NCBI GenBank assembly: GCA_963770565.1 | Contig: CAVYQE010000001.1 | Location: 1,216,001-1,280,000 of the forward strand | DNA length: 64,000 nucleotides | Source of the DNA: an uncultured Actinomycetota bacterium | Lineage (GTDB): Bacteria > Actinomycetota > Actinomycetes > JAFAQI01 | Direction: 5' to 3' | Shown: positions 27,879 to 37,916 of the stretch, one piece after another | Position numbering within the stretch: position 1 is the stretch's first letter | Layout: every line of letters starts with the position of its first letter | The notes under the pieces: generated by a model | Told to the model about the DNA's origin: nothing | Databases searched by the model: none | The model's input: the letters and a program-made list of their open reading frames with translations, nothing else | Translations under genes and position numbers: made by a program

Positions 27879-29384
27879 TCAGCGCGCTGAGGAGTCCCAC
27901 ACGATTGGAAGCGCGGCGGACAGGCAAGTGCCCATGGTCGAGCTGCTCTCGACCATGAAGTCGCCCCCGACCGCGTCGATCCGATCCTTGAGCCCACGAA
28001 GGCCGGTGCCACCGTCCCAATTCACTCCGCCTCGGCCGTTGTCTCGAAGCTCCACCAGGAGCCGACCTGCTTGCTCGCGGATCGATACCGCGGCGTACGA
28101 CGCGTTCGCGTGCTTCGCGATGTTCGTCAGGCCTTCGGCAACCAGGAAGTAGATGTCGGACTCGAGATGCGCTGGGTATCGCCCGGTCGGGACCTCCGCC
28201 CTGACCGGAACCGGGCTCTGTTCCGCAAGCGCCTCGATCGCTGCGCCGAGCCCATGATTGGTCAGGATGCTCGGGTGCAGGCCCGCGGCCAGATCGCGGA
28301 GTTCTCCCAGTCCTTGACGAACTCCGTCCAACGCCTGCCGCAGGCCGTCGCGCGCCGCCTCGCGGTCGAGGTCGAAGCGCTCGGAGGCGAGTTGGAGGTT
28401 CATCAACGAGACCACCAGTCGTTGCTGGGCACCATCGTGCAGGTCTCGCCCCAGCTTCCGTCGCGCGTCGTCGGCGGCGTGCACGAGTCGCCGGCGGGAC
28501 GTGATCAGCTCGTCCTTCGTTACGGCGTTCCCGATCGAGATCGCCACGATGTCGGCAAACAAGGCGACCCTGGTTTCGGTCTCGGCCGGGAATCCACCCG
28601 GAGTCGCAGACTCAGCCACCAGCGCTCCCCACCGCCGCCCGCTGAGAACGATCGGCGCTCCCACCTCCGACTTGACTCGGCGGCCTTCGAGGTGCTCCAA
28701 AGGGTCCGACGGTGCGTCCGCTCGCTCCGGGGCGCCGGTGTCGCGGATGAGTGCAGTGATCGGATGCTCGTCGAGTGCTGACATCGCCTCGAGGTCGATC
28801 GTGGCTCCGTCGGACCGCCAGCACGCCATCGCCCGCACGCCAGGACCCGCGCCGAACTGAACGAGGGTGACTTGCGCAGCATCGATGAGGCGCGCCGACT
28901 CGCTGCACACGGTGTCGAACACCTGATGGGCCTCGCTTCCTCGCGCGACCAGGATGGCGACCCGACGAAGTGCGGCTTGCTCGTCGGCGAGCCGGCGGAG
29001 GTCTGCTTCGGCCTGCTTCGCAGCCGTCAGGTCGCGCAGGGCGCCGAAGATCAAGAGGGGCTCGTGGTCGACCTGGCTCAACGCGAGCTCGACCGGGAAC
29101 TCGCTGCCGTCGGCGCGCATCCCGGTGACCTCGATCCGTTGGCCGAACAGCGTGGGCCGCCGGGTGTCGACGAAGTTGCGCAGTGCGTTGCGATGGCGAT
29201 CTCGCAGTGACGGAGGCACGATCAGGTCGGCGAGCGTGCGTCCGACCACATCAGCGCGCCGATAGCCGAATGTCCGCTCTGCGGCCGGGTTGAACTCAAC
29301 CACGAGGCCGTTGCTGTCGATCATGATCACGCAATCCAGGGCAGCCTCGAGATAGCCCTGCTGTCGGGCCTCGCTGGCGTCCAC
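27879..29384 (-). CDS. PAS-GAF sensor histidine kinase (HisKA_3 type), soluble
   Basis: PAS (FNPAAERTFGY...RADGSEFPVEL), GAF, H-box RDLHDGAQQRL, EGLTNIAKHA, DNGRGG, GTGLRGL; no TM segment seen. Confidence 0.92.
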   Translation of the reverse strand: MDASEARQQGYLEAALDCVIMIDSNGLVVEFNPAAERTFGYRRADVVGRTLADLIVPPSLRDRHRNALRNFVDTRRPTLFGQRIEVTGMRADGSEFPVELALSQVDHEPLLIFGALRDLTAAKQAEADLRRLADEQAALRRVAILVARGSEAHQVFDTVCSESARLIDAAQVTLVQFGAGPGVRAMACWRSDGATIDLEAMSALDEHPITALIRDTGAPERADAPSDPLEHLEGRRVKSEVGAPIVLSGRRWGALVAESATPGGFPAETETRVALFADIVAISIGNAVTKDELITSRRRLVHAADDARRKLGRDLHDGAQQRLVVSLMNLQLASERFDLDREAARDGLRQALDGVRQGLGELRDLAAGLHPSILTNHGLGAAIEALAEQSPVPVRAEVPTGRYPAHLESDIYFLVAEGLTNIAKHANASYAAVSIREQAGRLLVELRDNGRGGVNWDGGTGLRGLKDRIDAVGGDFMVESSSTMGTCLSAALPIVWDSSAR

Positions 29385-29463
29385 ACCCTCTACCTATCCT
29401 GACCGAGGACGATTCGGCAAGATCACATTGCTGCGCCGCGCGTGGCCGCGTACGTTTACGCCT

Positions 29464-30153
29464 GTGGAGCCCCAGGCGCAGGCCGGCGCCGCGGCGAGCC
29501 AATCGCCGGTCCGAGTCGTGATCGGCGAGGACCACGCCCTAGTGCAGGCGGGCATCGTCCACGTGCTTGAACTCGCCGGATTCGATGTGGTCGGCGTTGC
29601 AGGTGACGCGGACGCGCTCGTGCAGATCACCCGCGTGCAGCAGCCCGATGTCGTCGTGACCGACATCCAGATGCCCCCGACGTCGACCGACGACGGCCTG
29701 AAGGCAGCGCAAGAGATTCGTGCCACCTGGCCCACGATCGGCGTCGTTGTCCTGTCCCAGTTCCTCGAGACTCGCTATGCGCTCGATCTCGTCGAGGCGG
29801 GTGCGGCAGGAGTCGGCTACCTGCTCAAGGACCGGCTCGGCGACCTGACGATGTTTACCGATTCGGTCCGGCGCGTGGCGGCCGGCGGCTCGGCGCTCGA
29901 CCCCGACGTCGTGCAACGGATGGTCAATCGCCCGCGCGAGACGGACCCGATCCAGCAACTGTCGCGACGAGAGCGCGAGGTTCTGGCGCTCATGGCCGAG
30001 GGATACTCCAACCATGGAATCGCCCAGCGGCTCACGGTGACGGTAGCGGCCGTTGAGCGGCACGTCACGAGCATCTTCATGAAGCTCGATCTTCAACACA
30101 CTCGCGAAGACCACCTACGCATCCTCGCGGTACTCCGCTACCTGCAGCGCTGA
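29464..30153 (+). CDS. NarL/LuxR family response regulator
   Basis: VVIGEDH, VVTDIQMPP, GYLLKD, LSRREREVLALMAEGYSN helix-turn-helix. Confidence 0.92.
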   Translation: MEPQAQAGAAASQSPVRVVIGEDHALVQAGIVHVLELAGFDVVGVAGDADALVQITRVQQPDVVVTDIQMPPTSTDDGLKAAQEIRATWPTIGVVVLSQFLETRYALDLVEAGAAGVGYLLKDRLGDLTMFTDSVRRVAAGGSALDPDVVQRMVNRPRETDPIQQLSRREREVLALMAEGYSNHGIAQRLTVTVAAVERHVTSIFMKLDLQHTREDHLRILAVLRYLQR

Positions 30154-30158
30154 TCGGG

Positions 30159-30515
30159 TTAGGTCGCGAACACGCGGTCGAGATCCGCTTCGGCGAGGTC
30201 TGCCTTAGAGACGAAGCCAACGGCACCGTGCTGCCGCGCCAGTTCCGAGGTCACCGCAGCGGAGTCCGACGACGTCAGCAACACCCGCGGCGGGTTCGGG
30301 AGACCGATCAGACTCGCGAGCGTGTCCATCACGTCGTCAGGGCCGAGGTGGACGTCGAGAAGTACCGCATCCGGCCGAAGCATCTCCACCCTGCTGATCG
30401 CGTCCACAGAGTTAGCGGCGGTGCCGACGACGTCGAAGCCCCGCGTGCGCAGCAGGTCGGCCGCGACGACCAGGAATGACGTCTGGTCATCGACGAGGAG
30501 GACCGAAACAGGCAC
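30159..30515 (-). CDS. Single-domain response regulator (receiver only)
   Basis: VLLVDD, PDAVLLDVHL, LLTSS, GAVGFVSK. Confidence 0.85.
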   Translation of the reverse strand: MPVSVLLVDDQTSFLVVAADLLRTRGFDVVGTAANSVDAISRVEMLRPDAVLLDVHLGPDDVMDTLASLIGLPNPPRVLLTSSDSAAVTSELARQHGAVGFVSKADLAEADLDRVFAT

Positions 30516-30550
30516 CCGTAGAGGCTGGCATCTACGCGCGTGCGCGGCAA

Positions 30551-30599
30551 TAGGGCAAACCCGAGGTTCTGCCTTGCCGGCCGGGGCTAGCCCGAGGTC
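30551..30599. promoter_or_regulatory. Two imperfect palindromes 31 bp apart, possible NarL-type response-regulator sites
   Basis: TAGGGCAAACCCGAGGT at 30551 and CGGGGCTAGCCCGAGGT at 30582. Confidence 0.5.
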
Positions 30600-30725
30600 G
30601 GTGCTGGAGTCCGCCCGCGGCCATGAGTGGAGCCGCCTCCATAGGCAGGGCGAGAACGAACGGTGAGAATCCGAGGTGCATTTGCACAACGATCCCGGGG
30701 GCCGGCCAGATACGGAAGTACGCCG

Positions 30726-33569
30726 ATGACCATGACCATGACCGAGTCGGACCGAGCGACGCTTGACGGCAATGCGAGCAAGCCGCTGCGCGGCCGGACC
30801 GACGAGTGCGATGCCATCGATCGTCTAGTTGCGACGGTCCGAGCTGGACGTAGCCAGGTGCTGGTTCTTCGCGGTGAGGCCGGTATCGGCAAGACGGCCC
30901 TGTTGGACCACTTGGCGGCATCGGCGCGTGACCTGACGGTGGTGCGCGCGGCTGGTGTCGAGTCGGAGATGACGCTGGCGTTTGCCGCGCTCCATCAGCT
31001 GTGTGCGCCAATGCTCAGCTATCGCGGGAGCCTGCCCGCACCTCAACGCGAGGCGTTGGAGGTGGTATTCGGGCTCGCGCTGCCTACAACCGACCAGTTC
31101 CTGGTCGGCCTCGCCGTATTGAGCCTGCTGACCGAGGTCGCCGCCGAGGGCCCGCTGATCTGTGTGGTGGACGACGCCCAATGGCTGGACGACGCGTCCG
31201 CTCGGACGCTCGCCTTTGCCGCGCGCAGGCTGCGCGCCGAGCCGGTCGGGCTGGTGTTCGCGACGCGCGAGCCAGGCGCGGAGCTGCGCCATCTGCCGGA
31301 GCTGGCGGTGCGGGGTCTGCACAGCGAGGATGCCCACGCGCTGTTGAGTGGGACGGTCAGGTTCGGGCTCGATGAGCGGGTGCGGGCTCGAATCGTCGCC
31401 GAAACCAGGGGCAACCCGCTCGCCCTCCTCGAGTTGCCGCGCGGGATGACGGGTGCCCATCTGGCTGGCGGGTACGGCCTGCTCGACGTACAGCAACTGC
31501 CCGGCCGCATCGAAGAGAGCTATCGGGGACGGCTTAGTGAGCTGCCCGTCGAAACCCTGCGGCTGCTGCTCGTCGCAACCGCCGAGCCGGTCGGCGACCC
31601 CCTGTTGGTGTGGCGGGCCGCCGAGCGACTGGGCATCGATCTGGGGGCGGCGGCCCCGGCCGAGACCGCCGGCCTGCTCGCTATCGCCGATCGAGTGACC
31701 TTTGACCATCCGCTCGTCCGGTCTGCGGTGTATCAATCCGCGGCGCCCGCGGACCGCCGGGCCGCACACCTGGCGCTCGCGGAGGTCATGGATCCTGAGC
31801 ACGATCCCGACCATCGTGCCTGGCACCTCGCCGCTGCCGCCTTCGGGCCGGACGAGGACGTGGCCGAGGAGCTTGATCGTTGCGCCGACCGAGCGCAGGC
31901 CCGTGGCGGGCTCGCGGCCGCTGCCGCGTTCTTGTGCCGGTCGGTGGAGCTGACCGGCGACCCGGCCAAGCGGGTGAACCGGGCCCTTGCCGCAACGCAG
32001 GTCAGCCTCCAAGCTGGCGCTTTCGACCTCGCGGACAAGTTGCTCGCAACAGCCGAGGTGGGTCCGCTCGATGAGCTCCAGCACACCCGGATGGATCTGC
32101 TCCGTGCGGAAGCCGCTTCATCACAGAATCGCGGTAGTGACGCTCCCGGGCCGCTGCTGGCGGCCGCGGCGGCGCTCGAGCGAACCGATCCGACGATGGC
32201 GCGCGACGCTTATCTCGACGCATGGAGCGCTGCGCTGTTTGCCGGCGGCCTGGCGAGCGCGGGCGGCCTGGTGGAGGTTTCTCGCGCAGCTCAGGTCGCC
32301 GTACGCCCACGCAGACCGGTACGTTCCGCGGACCTGCTGCTCGGCGGGTTGTCGAGGCTCGTCACCGACGGGCGCACAGCAGCGAGCCCGGTGCTCGCCC
32401 GGGCGGCGGCCCGATTCGCCGGCGGCACTGCACAGCCCGACGAGGTGCTCAGGTGGGGCTGGCTCGCCACCACCGCCGCGCTGGCGGTTTGGGACTACGA
32501 CTCCGCCCTCGCCAACGCGACCCGGGCCGCAGAGCTTGCACGTGACGCGGGGGCGCTCAGCGTGCTCGCGGTAAGTGTCAACGCGCTCGCGCAATCGGCG
32601 GTCCTTGGCGGCGACTTCGGGATGGCCGCGACGCTGATTGCTGAAGCCGACGTCGTCGTCGAAGCAACCGGCACTCGGCTTGCGCCGTACGGCGCTGTTG
32701 CGCTTGCGGGCTTCCGGGGCCGGCAAGTGGACGCCGACCGGTTGATCGATGCCACCATCCGTGAGGCGACCGCTGGTGGGCAGGGCACCGCGGTCCAGCA
32801 CGCCCACTGGGCGCGCTCGGTCGTCCTCAACGGTCTCGGACAGTACGGACAGGCGCTGGTGGCGGCGCGTGCGGCGAGCGACGATACGCCCGAGCTGTCG
32901 GTCGCTTCGTGGGCACTGAGCGAGCTGGTGGAGGCGGCCATGCGAAGCGGGCAGCACGCGCTAGCCGATGACGCGGTCGCCCGAATAGGCGATCACGCCG
33001 GCGCCAGCAAGTCGGATTGGGCGAGTGGTGTGCGCTCGCGCGCTCGCGCCCTGGTGAGCGACGGGGGGTCGGCCGAAGGCCTCTACCTGGAAGCGATCGA
33101 CGCCTTCGGCCGAACCCAGCTTCGCCCGGAGCTGGCCCGTACGCACCTCCTCATCGGTGAGTGGCTGCGCCGTGAGGGGCGGCGGGTCGACGCACAGCAT
33201 CACCTCAGGACCGCCCACGGCATGTTCGCCTCCATCGGCATGGAGGCGTTCGCCGAGCGCACTCGCCGCGAGCTCAGTGCGACCGGCGAGAAGCTTCGCA
33301 AGCGCAACGTCGCCTCGACCGAGCTCACGCCTCAGGAGATGCAGATCGCGTTGCTGGCGCGTGACGGCCTGACCAACCCCGAGGTTGGGGAGCGGTTGTT
33401 CATCAGCGCGCGCACCGTCGAATGGCACCTGCGCAAGGTGTTCACCAAACTCTCGATTGCCTCGAGGCGCGAACTGCGCAACGCCCTCGCCGACCCTCAG
33501 TACGGGCTGGCACAGACCAGTGCCTCACACGGGCGCGAAGGACCTCTAGCGGTGCGAGCGTGTGGCTGA
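30726..33569 (+). CDS. Large ATP-binding LuxR (LAL/MalT-like STAND) transcriptional regulator
   Basis: Walker A GEAGIGKT, Walker B VVDDAQW, GNPLALLEL, C-terminal LTPQE...LFISARTVEWHLRKVFTKL. Confidence 0.93.
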   Translation: MTMTMTESDRATLDGNASKPLRGRTDECDAIDRLVATVRAGRSQVLVLRGEAGIGKTALLDHLAASARDLTVVRAAGVESEMTLAFAALHQLCAPMLSYRGSLPAPQREALEVVFGLALPTTDQFLVGLAVLSLLTEVAAEGPLICVVDDAQWLDDASARTLAFAARRLRAEPVGLVFATREPGAELRHLPELAVRGLHSEDAHALLSGTVRFGLDERVRARIVAETRGNPLALLELPRGMTGAHLAGGYGLLDVQQLPGRIEESYRGRLSELPVETLRLLLVATAEPVGDPLLVWRAAERLGIDLGAAAPAETAGLLAIADRVTFDHPLVRSAVYQSAAPADRRAAHLALAEVMDPEHDPDHRAWHLAAAAFGPDEDVAEELDRCADRAQARGGLAAAAAFLCRSVELTGDPAKRVNRALAATQVSLQAGAFDLADKLLATAEVGPLDELQHTRMDLLRAEAASSQNRGSDAPGPLLAAAAALERTDPTMARDAYLDAWSAALFAGGLASAGGLVEVSRAAQVAVRPRRPVRSADLLLGGLSRLVTDGRTAASPVLARAAARFAGGTAQPDEVLRWGWLATTAALAVWDYDSALANATRAAELARDAGALSVLAVSVNALAQSAVLGGDFGMAATLIAEADVVVEATGTRLAPYGAVALAGFRGRQVDADRLIDATIREATAGGQGTAVQHAHWARSVVLNGLGQYGQALVAARAASDDTPELSVASWALSELVEAAMRSGQHALADDAVARIGDHAGASKSDWASGVRSRARALVSDGGSAEGLYLEAIDAFGRTQLRPELARTHLLIGEWLRREGRRVDAQHHLRTAHGMFASIGMEAFAERTRRELSATGEKLRKRNVASTELTPQEMQIALLARDGLTNPEVGERLFISARTVEWHLRKVFTKLSIASRRELRNALADPQYGLAQTSASHGREGPLAVRACG
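33517..33561 (+). promoter_or_regulatory. Conserved island promoter element (copy 6) upstream of the poxB operon
   Basis: CCAGTG-CCTCAC-ACGGGCGCGA, 17 bp, GAGCGT; lies within the 3' tail of the LAL ORF. Confidence 0.7.
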
Positions 33570-33611
33570 TCGAATCGCCGCGAGACCGACCTCACATACA
33601 AGGACAGCGAC

Positions 33612-35363
33612 ATGCCCCGACGCGTAGCCGATGATCTTCTCGACGTACTCGTACAAGCCGGCGTCCATCGGGTCTACGGGCTGGTCGGGGACAGCCTCAA
33701 CGCGTTCAGTGACGCGGTGCGCCGCAGCGGTGGGTCAGCCAACGGCGGCATCGACTGGGTGCACGTCCACAACGAGGAATCCGCCGCCTTCGCGGCGTCG
33801 GCGGAAGCGCAGCTCACCGGTCGGCTGGCGGTGTGCGGGGGGAGTTGCGGCCCTGGCAACACCCACCTGATCCAGGGCGTCATGGACGCGCATCGCTCCG
33901 GTGCCCCTGTCCTCGCGCTTGCCACACATATCCCCAGTCGGCAGATCGGCACCGGGTATTTCCAGGAGACCAAGCCGGAGGCGTTGTACGCGCAGACGAG
34001 TCACTACTGCGAGACGGTCGCCCACCCCGACCAGGTCGTCCGGGTGGCCCGCAGCGCGGTCCAGAACGCGGTCGGCAAGCAAGGTGCGGCTGTCCTCGTG
34101 CTGCCCGGCGACATCCTCGCCGAAAGATCGGATGGCAAGGTCAAGCCGGCGGCGACTGTGCTCGACCGACCGTTGCCCATTCCCGCCGATGGGGCGATCA
34201 CCGAGCTCGCGGACCGCATCAGGGCCGCGGACAAGATCACCATCTTCGGCGGCATCGGCTGCACCAACGCGCGGAAAGAGGTGTTCGAGCTGGCCGGCCT
34301 GCTCAACGCTCCGATCGGGCATACGTTGCGGGGCAAAGACGTCTTGCAGTACGACAACCCGTTCGATGTCGGCATGACCGGGCTGCTCGGGTACGGCAGC
34401 TGTTACCAAGCACTTCACGACGCGGATTTGGTGCTGTTCCTCGGCACCGACTTCCCGTACGACGACTTTCTGCCGGCCTCGAACAATGTCCAGATCGACA
34501 TCGACCCGTCCCGCCTCGGTCGACGAGCACCGATCGTGCAGGGTATTGCGGCCGATCTTCGCCTAACGTTGCAGGCGTTGTTGCCACTGCTCGAGCAACG
34601 GGTGGACCGTGCGTTCCTCGACGACATGCTCCGAGCCCATGAGAAGGCGATCACGCACAGCGTCGACACCTACAGCACCCACGTCAGCAAGCGGCAGCCG
34701 ATCCATCCGGAATACCTGTCCGCGGTCGTCGACGAGGTCGCGGCGAGCGACGCGATCTTCACTGTGGACACCGGGATGTGCTGCACCTGGACCGCCCGCT
34801 ACATGACGCCGAACGGGCATCGACGGCTGATTGGCTCGTTCGATCATGGCGCGATGGCCAACGCGCTACCGATGGCGATCGGCGCCCAGATCTCCCACCC
34901 GGACCGGCAGGTCGTCGCGCTCTGTGGCGACGGCGGGCTGGCCATGTTGCTCGGCGAGCTGCTGACCGCGAAGACCCACAACCTGCCGGTCAAGGTCGTC
35001 GTGTTCAACAACTCCAGCCTCGACATGGTCCGGCTGGAAATGCTTGTTGACGGCGACCCGCCGTTTGAGACCGATCACGACGACGTGGACTACGCCGCGA
35101 TCGCCGCAGCGGCAGGTTTCTTCACCCGTCGAGTCACCGAGCCCGGCGACCTCCATGACGCTGCCAAGGCGGTGTTCAGCCACGATGGGCCGGCGCTCCT
35201 CGACGTCGTCACCACCCCCGATGCGCTCGAGGTGCCGACCCACATCACTCTCCAGGAGACCAAGGGCTTCGCATTGGCTCTCGGCAAGATCGTTCTCGGC
35301 GGCGGGATCGGCGAAGTCGCAAACGTGGCCCGGCTCAACGTGCGCAACATCCCACGACCATGA
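33612..35363 (+). CDS. poxB: Pyruvate dehydrogenase (quinone)/pyruvate oxidase, TPP enzyme
   Basis: GLVGDSLN, GSCGPGNTHL, NPFDVGMTGLLG, GDGGLAMLLGEL...NNSSL. Confidence 0.9.
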   Translation: MPRRVADDLLDVLVQAGVHRVYGLVGDSLNAFSDAVRRSGGSANGGIDWVHVHNEESAAFAASAEAQLTGRLAVCGGSCGPGNTHLIQGVMDAHRSGAPVLALATHIPSRQIGTGYFQETKPEALYAQTSHYCETVAHPDQVVRVARSAVQNAVGKQGAAVLVLPGDILAERSDGKVKPAATVLDRPLPIPADGAITELADRIRAADKITIFGGIGCTNARKEVFELAGLLNAPIGHTLRGKDVLQYDNPFDVGMTGLLGYGSCYQALHDADLVLFLGTDFPYDDFLPASNNVQIDIDPSRLGRRAPIVQGIAADLRLTLQALLPLLEQRVDRAFLDDMLRAHEKAITHSVDTYSTHVSKRQPIHPEYLSAVVDEVAASDAIFTVDTGMCCTWTARYMTPNGHRRLIGSFDHGAMANALPMAIGAQISHPDRQVVALCGDGGLAMLLGELLTAKTHNLPVKVVVFNNSSLDMVRLEMLVDGDPPFETDHDDVDYAAIAAAAGFFTRRVTEPGDLHDAAKAVFSHDGPALLDVVTTPDALEVPTHITLQETKGFALALGKIVLGGGIGEVANVARLNVRNIPRP

Positions 35364-35770
35364 GCGACGACGCGATGGATCCGACTCGGGCCGCGATCGA
35401 GGAGCACTGGCGGGCATCGGAAAGCGGGGACTCCGAGACCGAGCACGCCATCTACGCCGAGGACGCGATTCTCGACTACCCCCAATCAGGTGAGCGGTTC
35501 CGGGGCCGCTCGGCGATCGCGGCGCAACGGGGCGGCCACCCGGCTGATCGGCATTTCACGGTGCTGAGGATCCTTGGCGGTGATGACCTGTGGGTCAGCG
35601 AGTGCATCATCACGTATGACGGCACACCGACGTACTCGGTCAGCGTCATGGAGTTCGTTGTCGCGAAGGTGGCGCACGAGACTCAGTACTTCGCCGACCC
35701 GTTCGGGGCACCGCAGTGGCGGAGCGCGCTTTCCGAACCGATGCCCGGCCGACAGATCCAGCATGCCTAG
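35360..35770 (+). CDS. SnoaL/NTF2-like protein
   Basis: IYAEDAILDYPQSGERFRG, ETQYFADPF; ATGA overlap with poxB. Confidence 0.85.
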   Translation: MSDDAMDPTRAAIEEHWRASESGDSETEHAIYAEDAILDYPQSGERFRGRSAIAAQRGGHPADRHFTVLRILGGDDLWVSECIITYDGTPTYSVSVMEFVVAKVAHETQYFADPFGAPQWRSALSEPMPGRQIQHA

Positions 35771-36191
35771 TTGCCGTGGGCGGTTGCTGCAGCGCGTCCT
35801 GCCCGAGGACGTCGACTGGGAGCCGTTCCCGTCGTTTCCGCCGGAGGCGCGTCTCGCCGCTGTGGTGGGTGATCCATCAGAGGCCGCTCCGTACGTGGTC
35901 CGGGTCAAGGTCCCGTCCGGCGTGAAGCTGATGCCCCACCGGCACCACGAGGACCGCGTCTACACGGTCATGTCCGGCGTCTTCTACATCGGAGTGGGCG
36001 AACACTTCGATGATGAGAGGCTGGAGGCGTTTCCACCCGGTGCCGTCATCGTGCTGCCCGGCGGTACGCCGCACTTTCACTGGGCGAAGTCGGGTGAGTA
36101 CGTCACCCAGGTGACCGCGACCGGGCCGATCAGCCTGGACTATGTCGACCCGGCCCACGACCCGCGGCAGCATCACGCCGTTTCCGTGTGA
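35763..36191 (+). CDS. Cupin domain protein
   Basis: PHRHHEDR.YTV.SG and PGGTPHFHW cupin motifs. Confidence 0.85.
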   Translation: MPSCRGRLLQRVLPEDVDWEPFPSFPPEARLAAVVGDPSEAAPYVVRVKVPSGVKLMPHRHHEDRVYTVMSGVFYIGVGEHFDDERLEAFPPGAVIVLPGGTPHFHWAKSGEYVTQVTATGPISLDYVDPAHDPRQHHAVSV

Positions 36192-36267
36192 CGCGCAACT
36201 CCGTGACCGGGGTTCCGGCCGCCGACTTTCGCTGAAGCCGAACGTCCTCAGAAGTGATCGCCACCGC

Positions 36268-36324
36268 CCAGGGTGCGGCCAGTGGTATCCACGGGCGCGA
36301 CCGCACGGCCCGGTCTGCGACCGT
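36268..36324 (+). promoter_or_regulatory. Conserved island promoter element (copy 7), probably giving a leaderless transcript
   Basis: CCAGGG-TGCGG-CCAGTG-GTATCC-ACGGGCGCGA, 18 bp, GACCGT, 7 bp, ATG. Confidence 0.75.
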
Positions 36325-36331
36325 CGCAGGT

Positions 36332-36931
36332 ATGAGACCTGACATCAGACCAGGCGGCACGTTCCCCGACTACGCTCTGCCGGATCACACCGGCACGGTT
36401 TGCAGTCTCAGCGAGCTGCAGGGCCGCGATCCGCTGATCCTGACCTTGGCGCGCGGCAACTACTGCCCCAAGGAGCATCAGCAGCACCTCGAGCTGGCGG
36501 TCAACTACCCGAAGATTGCGGTCGCCTACACCCAGGTCGCCACGATCGCTACGGACGACCACCACACCTTGCAGGAGTTCCGCGCGTCGGTCGGCGCCCA
36601 GTGGACCTTTCTGTCCGATCCGGAGCGGACGGTTCAGCAGGATCTCGACATCCAGGAGTACACCGACCCCGAGCACAACCCGATGATTCCGCACACACTC
36701 GTGCTCAAGCCGGGACTGGTCGTTCACAGCGTCTACAACGGCTACTGGTTCTGGGGGCGGCCGTCGTTCTACGAGTTGTGGCAGGACCTGAGGGCCGCCA
36801 GCGCCGAGATCCGCCCGGACTGGGACCTGAGTGTCCCCGGGCTCCGCGATGAATGGGACGCGCACGAGTACGCGCACTTTCACGGCTGGGACCGGAAGTC
36901 CGCCGCGTCGATGCCGTCTTCCTATGTATGA
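36332..36931 (+). CDS. AhpC/TSA/redoxin-like thioredoxin-fold protein (single Cys, YCPKE)
   Basis: PGGTFPDYALPDHTG...LSEL.G, RGNYCPKE, FLSDPER. Confidence 0.8.
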   Translation: MRPDIRPGGTFPDYALPDHTGTVCSLSELQGRDPLILTLARGNYCPKEHQQHLELAVNYPKIAVAYTQVATIATDDHHTLQEFRASVGAQWTFLSDPERTVQQDLDIQEYTDPEHNPMIPHTLVLKPGLVVHSVYNGYWFWGRPSFYELWQDLRAASAEIRPDWDLSVPGLRDEWDAHEYAHFHGWDRKSAASMPSSYV

Positions 36932-37877
36932 GACGCCCGTTTGCACGATGCTCGGAATTGAGCATCCGATCGTGCAGGCACCCATGGCCGATGTTCCCCA
37001 GCTCGCGGCGGCGGTCTCGAATGCCGGCGCGCTCGGCATGGTGACGCTGACCTGGTCTGCTGATGTCGGTGCGGTCGTTCGCGAGACGAGGGCACTGACG
37101 GATCGGCCGTTCGGCGGCAACCTCGTGCTTACCGAAGATCACCACCGCCGTCTTGACCAGGCCCTAGCGGCGGGCTTGCGGATCGTCTCGTTCATGTGGG
37201 GGGATCCCAGCGGGTACATCAAGACGGTGCACGACGCGGGCGGGATCGTCATGCACACCGTCGGCAGTGCCGAGGAGGCTCGGCGGGCGGTCGGGTCTGG
37301 TGTGGACGTGATCGTCGCGCAGGGCTGGGAGGCCGGCGGGCACGTATGGGGCCGGATCGCCACACTTCCGCTGGTGCCTGCGGTTGTGGACGCGGTGACG
37401 CCGGTGCCGGTGATCGCGGCTGGCGGGATCGGTGACGCTCGTGGTGTCGCCGCAGTGCTTGCCCTGGGCGCCCAGGCGGCGTGGCTCGGAACGCGATTCC
37501 TGCTCGCCGAGGAGATGCCGATCCACGACGACTACCGGCGTCGGCTGATAGCAGCGGACGAGACCGACCCACAGTGGTACCCAGACCTGTATGCGGTCGG
37601 GTGGCCCGACTCTCCCCATCGCGCGCTCCGCAACTCAACTGCCGAGACGTGGGACGCCGCGGGTCGCCCGCCACTCGGGCAGCGGCCAGGGGAGGGAGAC
37701 GTGATCGCGAAGTTCGCCTCCGGCGAGGCAATCGTTCGTTACGAGCCCGCGCCACCGATGACAGGGACGACCGGTGAGATCGAGGCGCTCTCGATGTGGG
37801 CCGGCCAGGACGTCGCGCTGGCGAGGAAGTCACAGCCGGCAGCGGACATCGTGGCCGAGCTCACCTCGCGCCTCTGA
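36924..37877 (+). CDS. Nitronate monooxygenase family flavoprotein
   Basis: PIVQAPM, LAAAVSNAGALG, QGWEAGGH, AAGGIGDARG, GTRF. Confidence 0.9.
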   Translation: MYETPVCTMLGIEHPIVQAPMADVPQLAAAVSNAGALGMVTLTWSADVGAVVRETRALTDRPFGGNLVLTEDHHRRLDQALAAGLRIVSFMWGDPSGYIKTVHDAGGIVMHTVGSAEEARRAVGSGVDVIVAQGWEAGGHVWGRIATLPLVPAVVDAVTPVPVIAAGGIGDARGVAAVLALGAQAAWLGTRFLLAEEMPIHDDYRRRLIAADETDPQWYPDLYAVGWPDSPHRALRNSTAETWDAAGRPPLGQRPGEGDVIAKFASGEAIVRYEPAPPMTGTTGEIEALSMWAGQDVALARKSQPAADIVAELTSRL

Positions 37878-37916
37878 CCGGGACGGGCGCATATAAGAGG
37901 AGAAGTCGCTCGCGAG

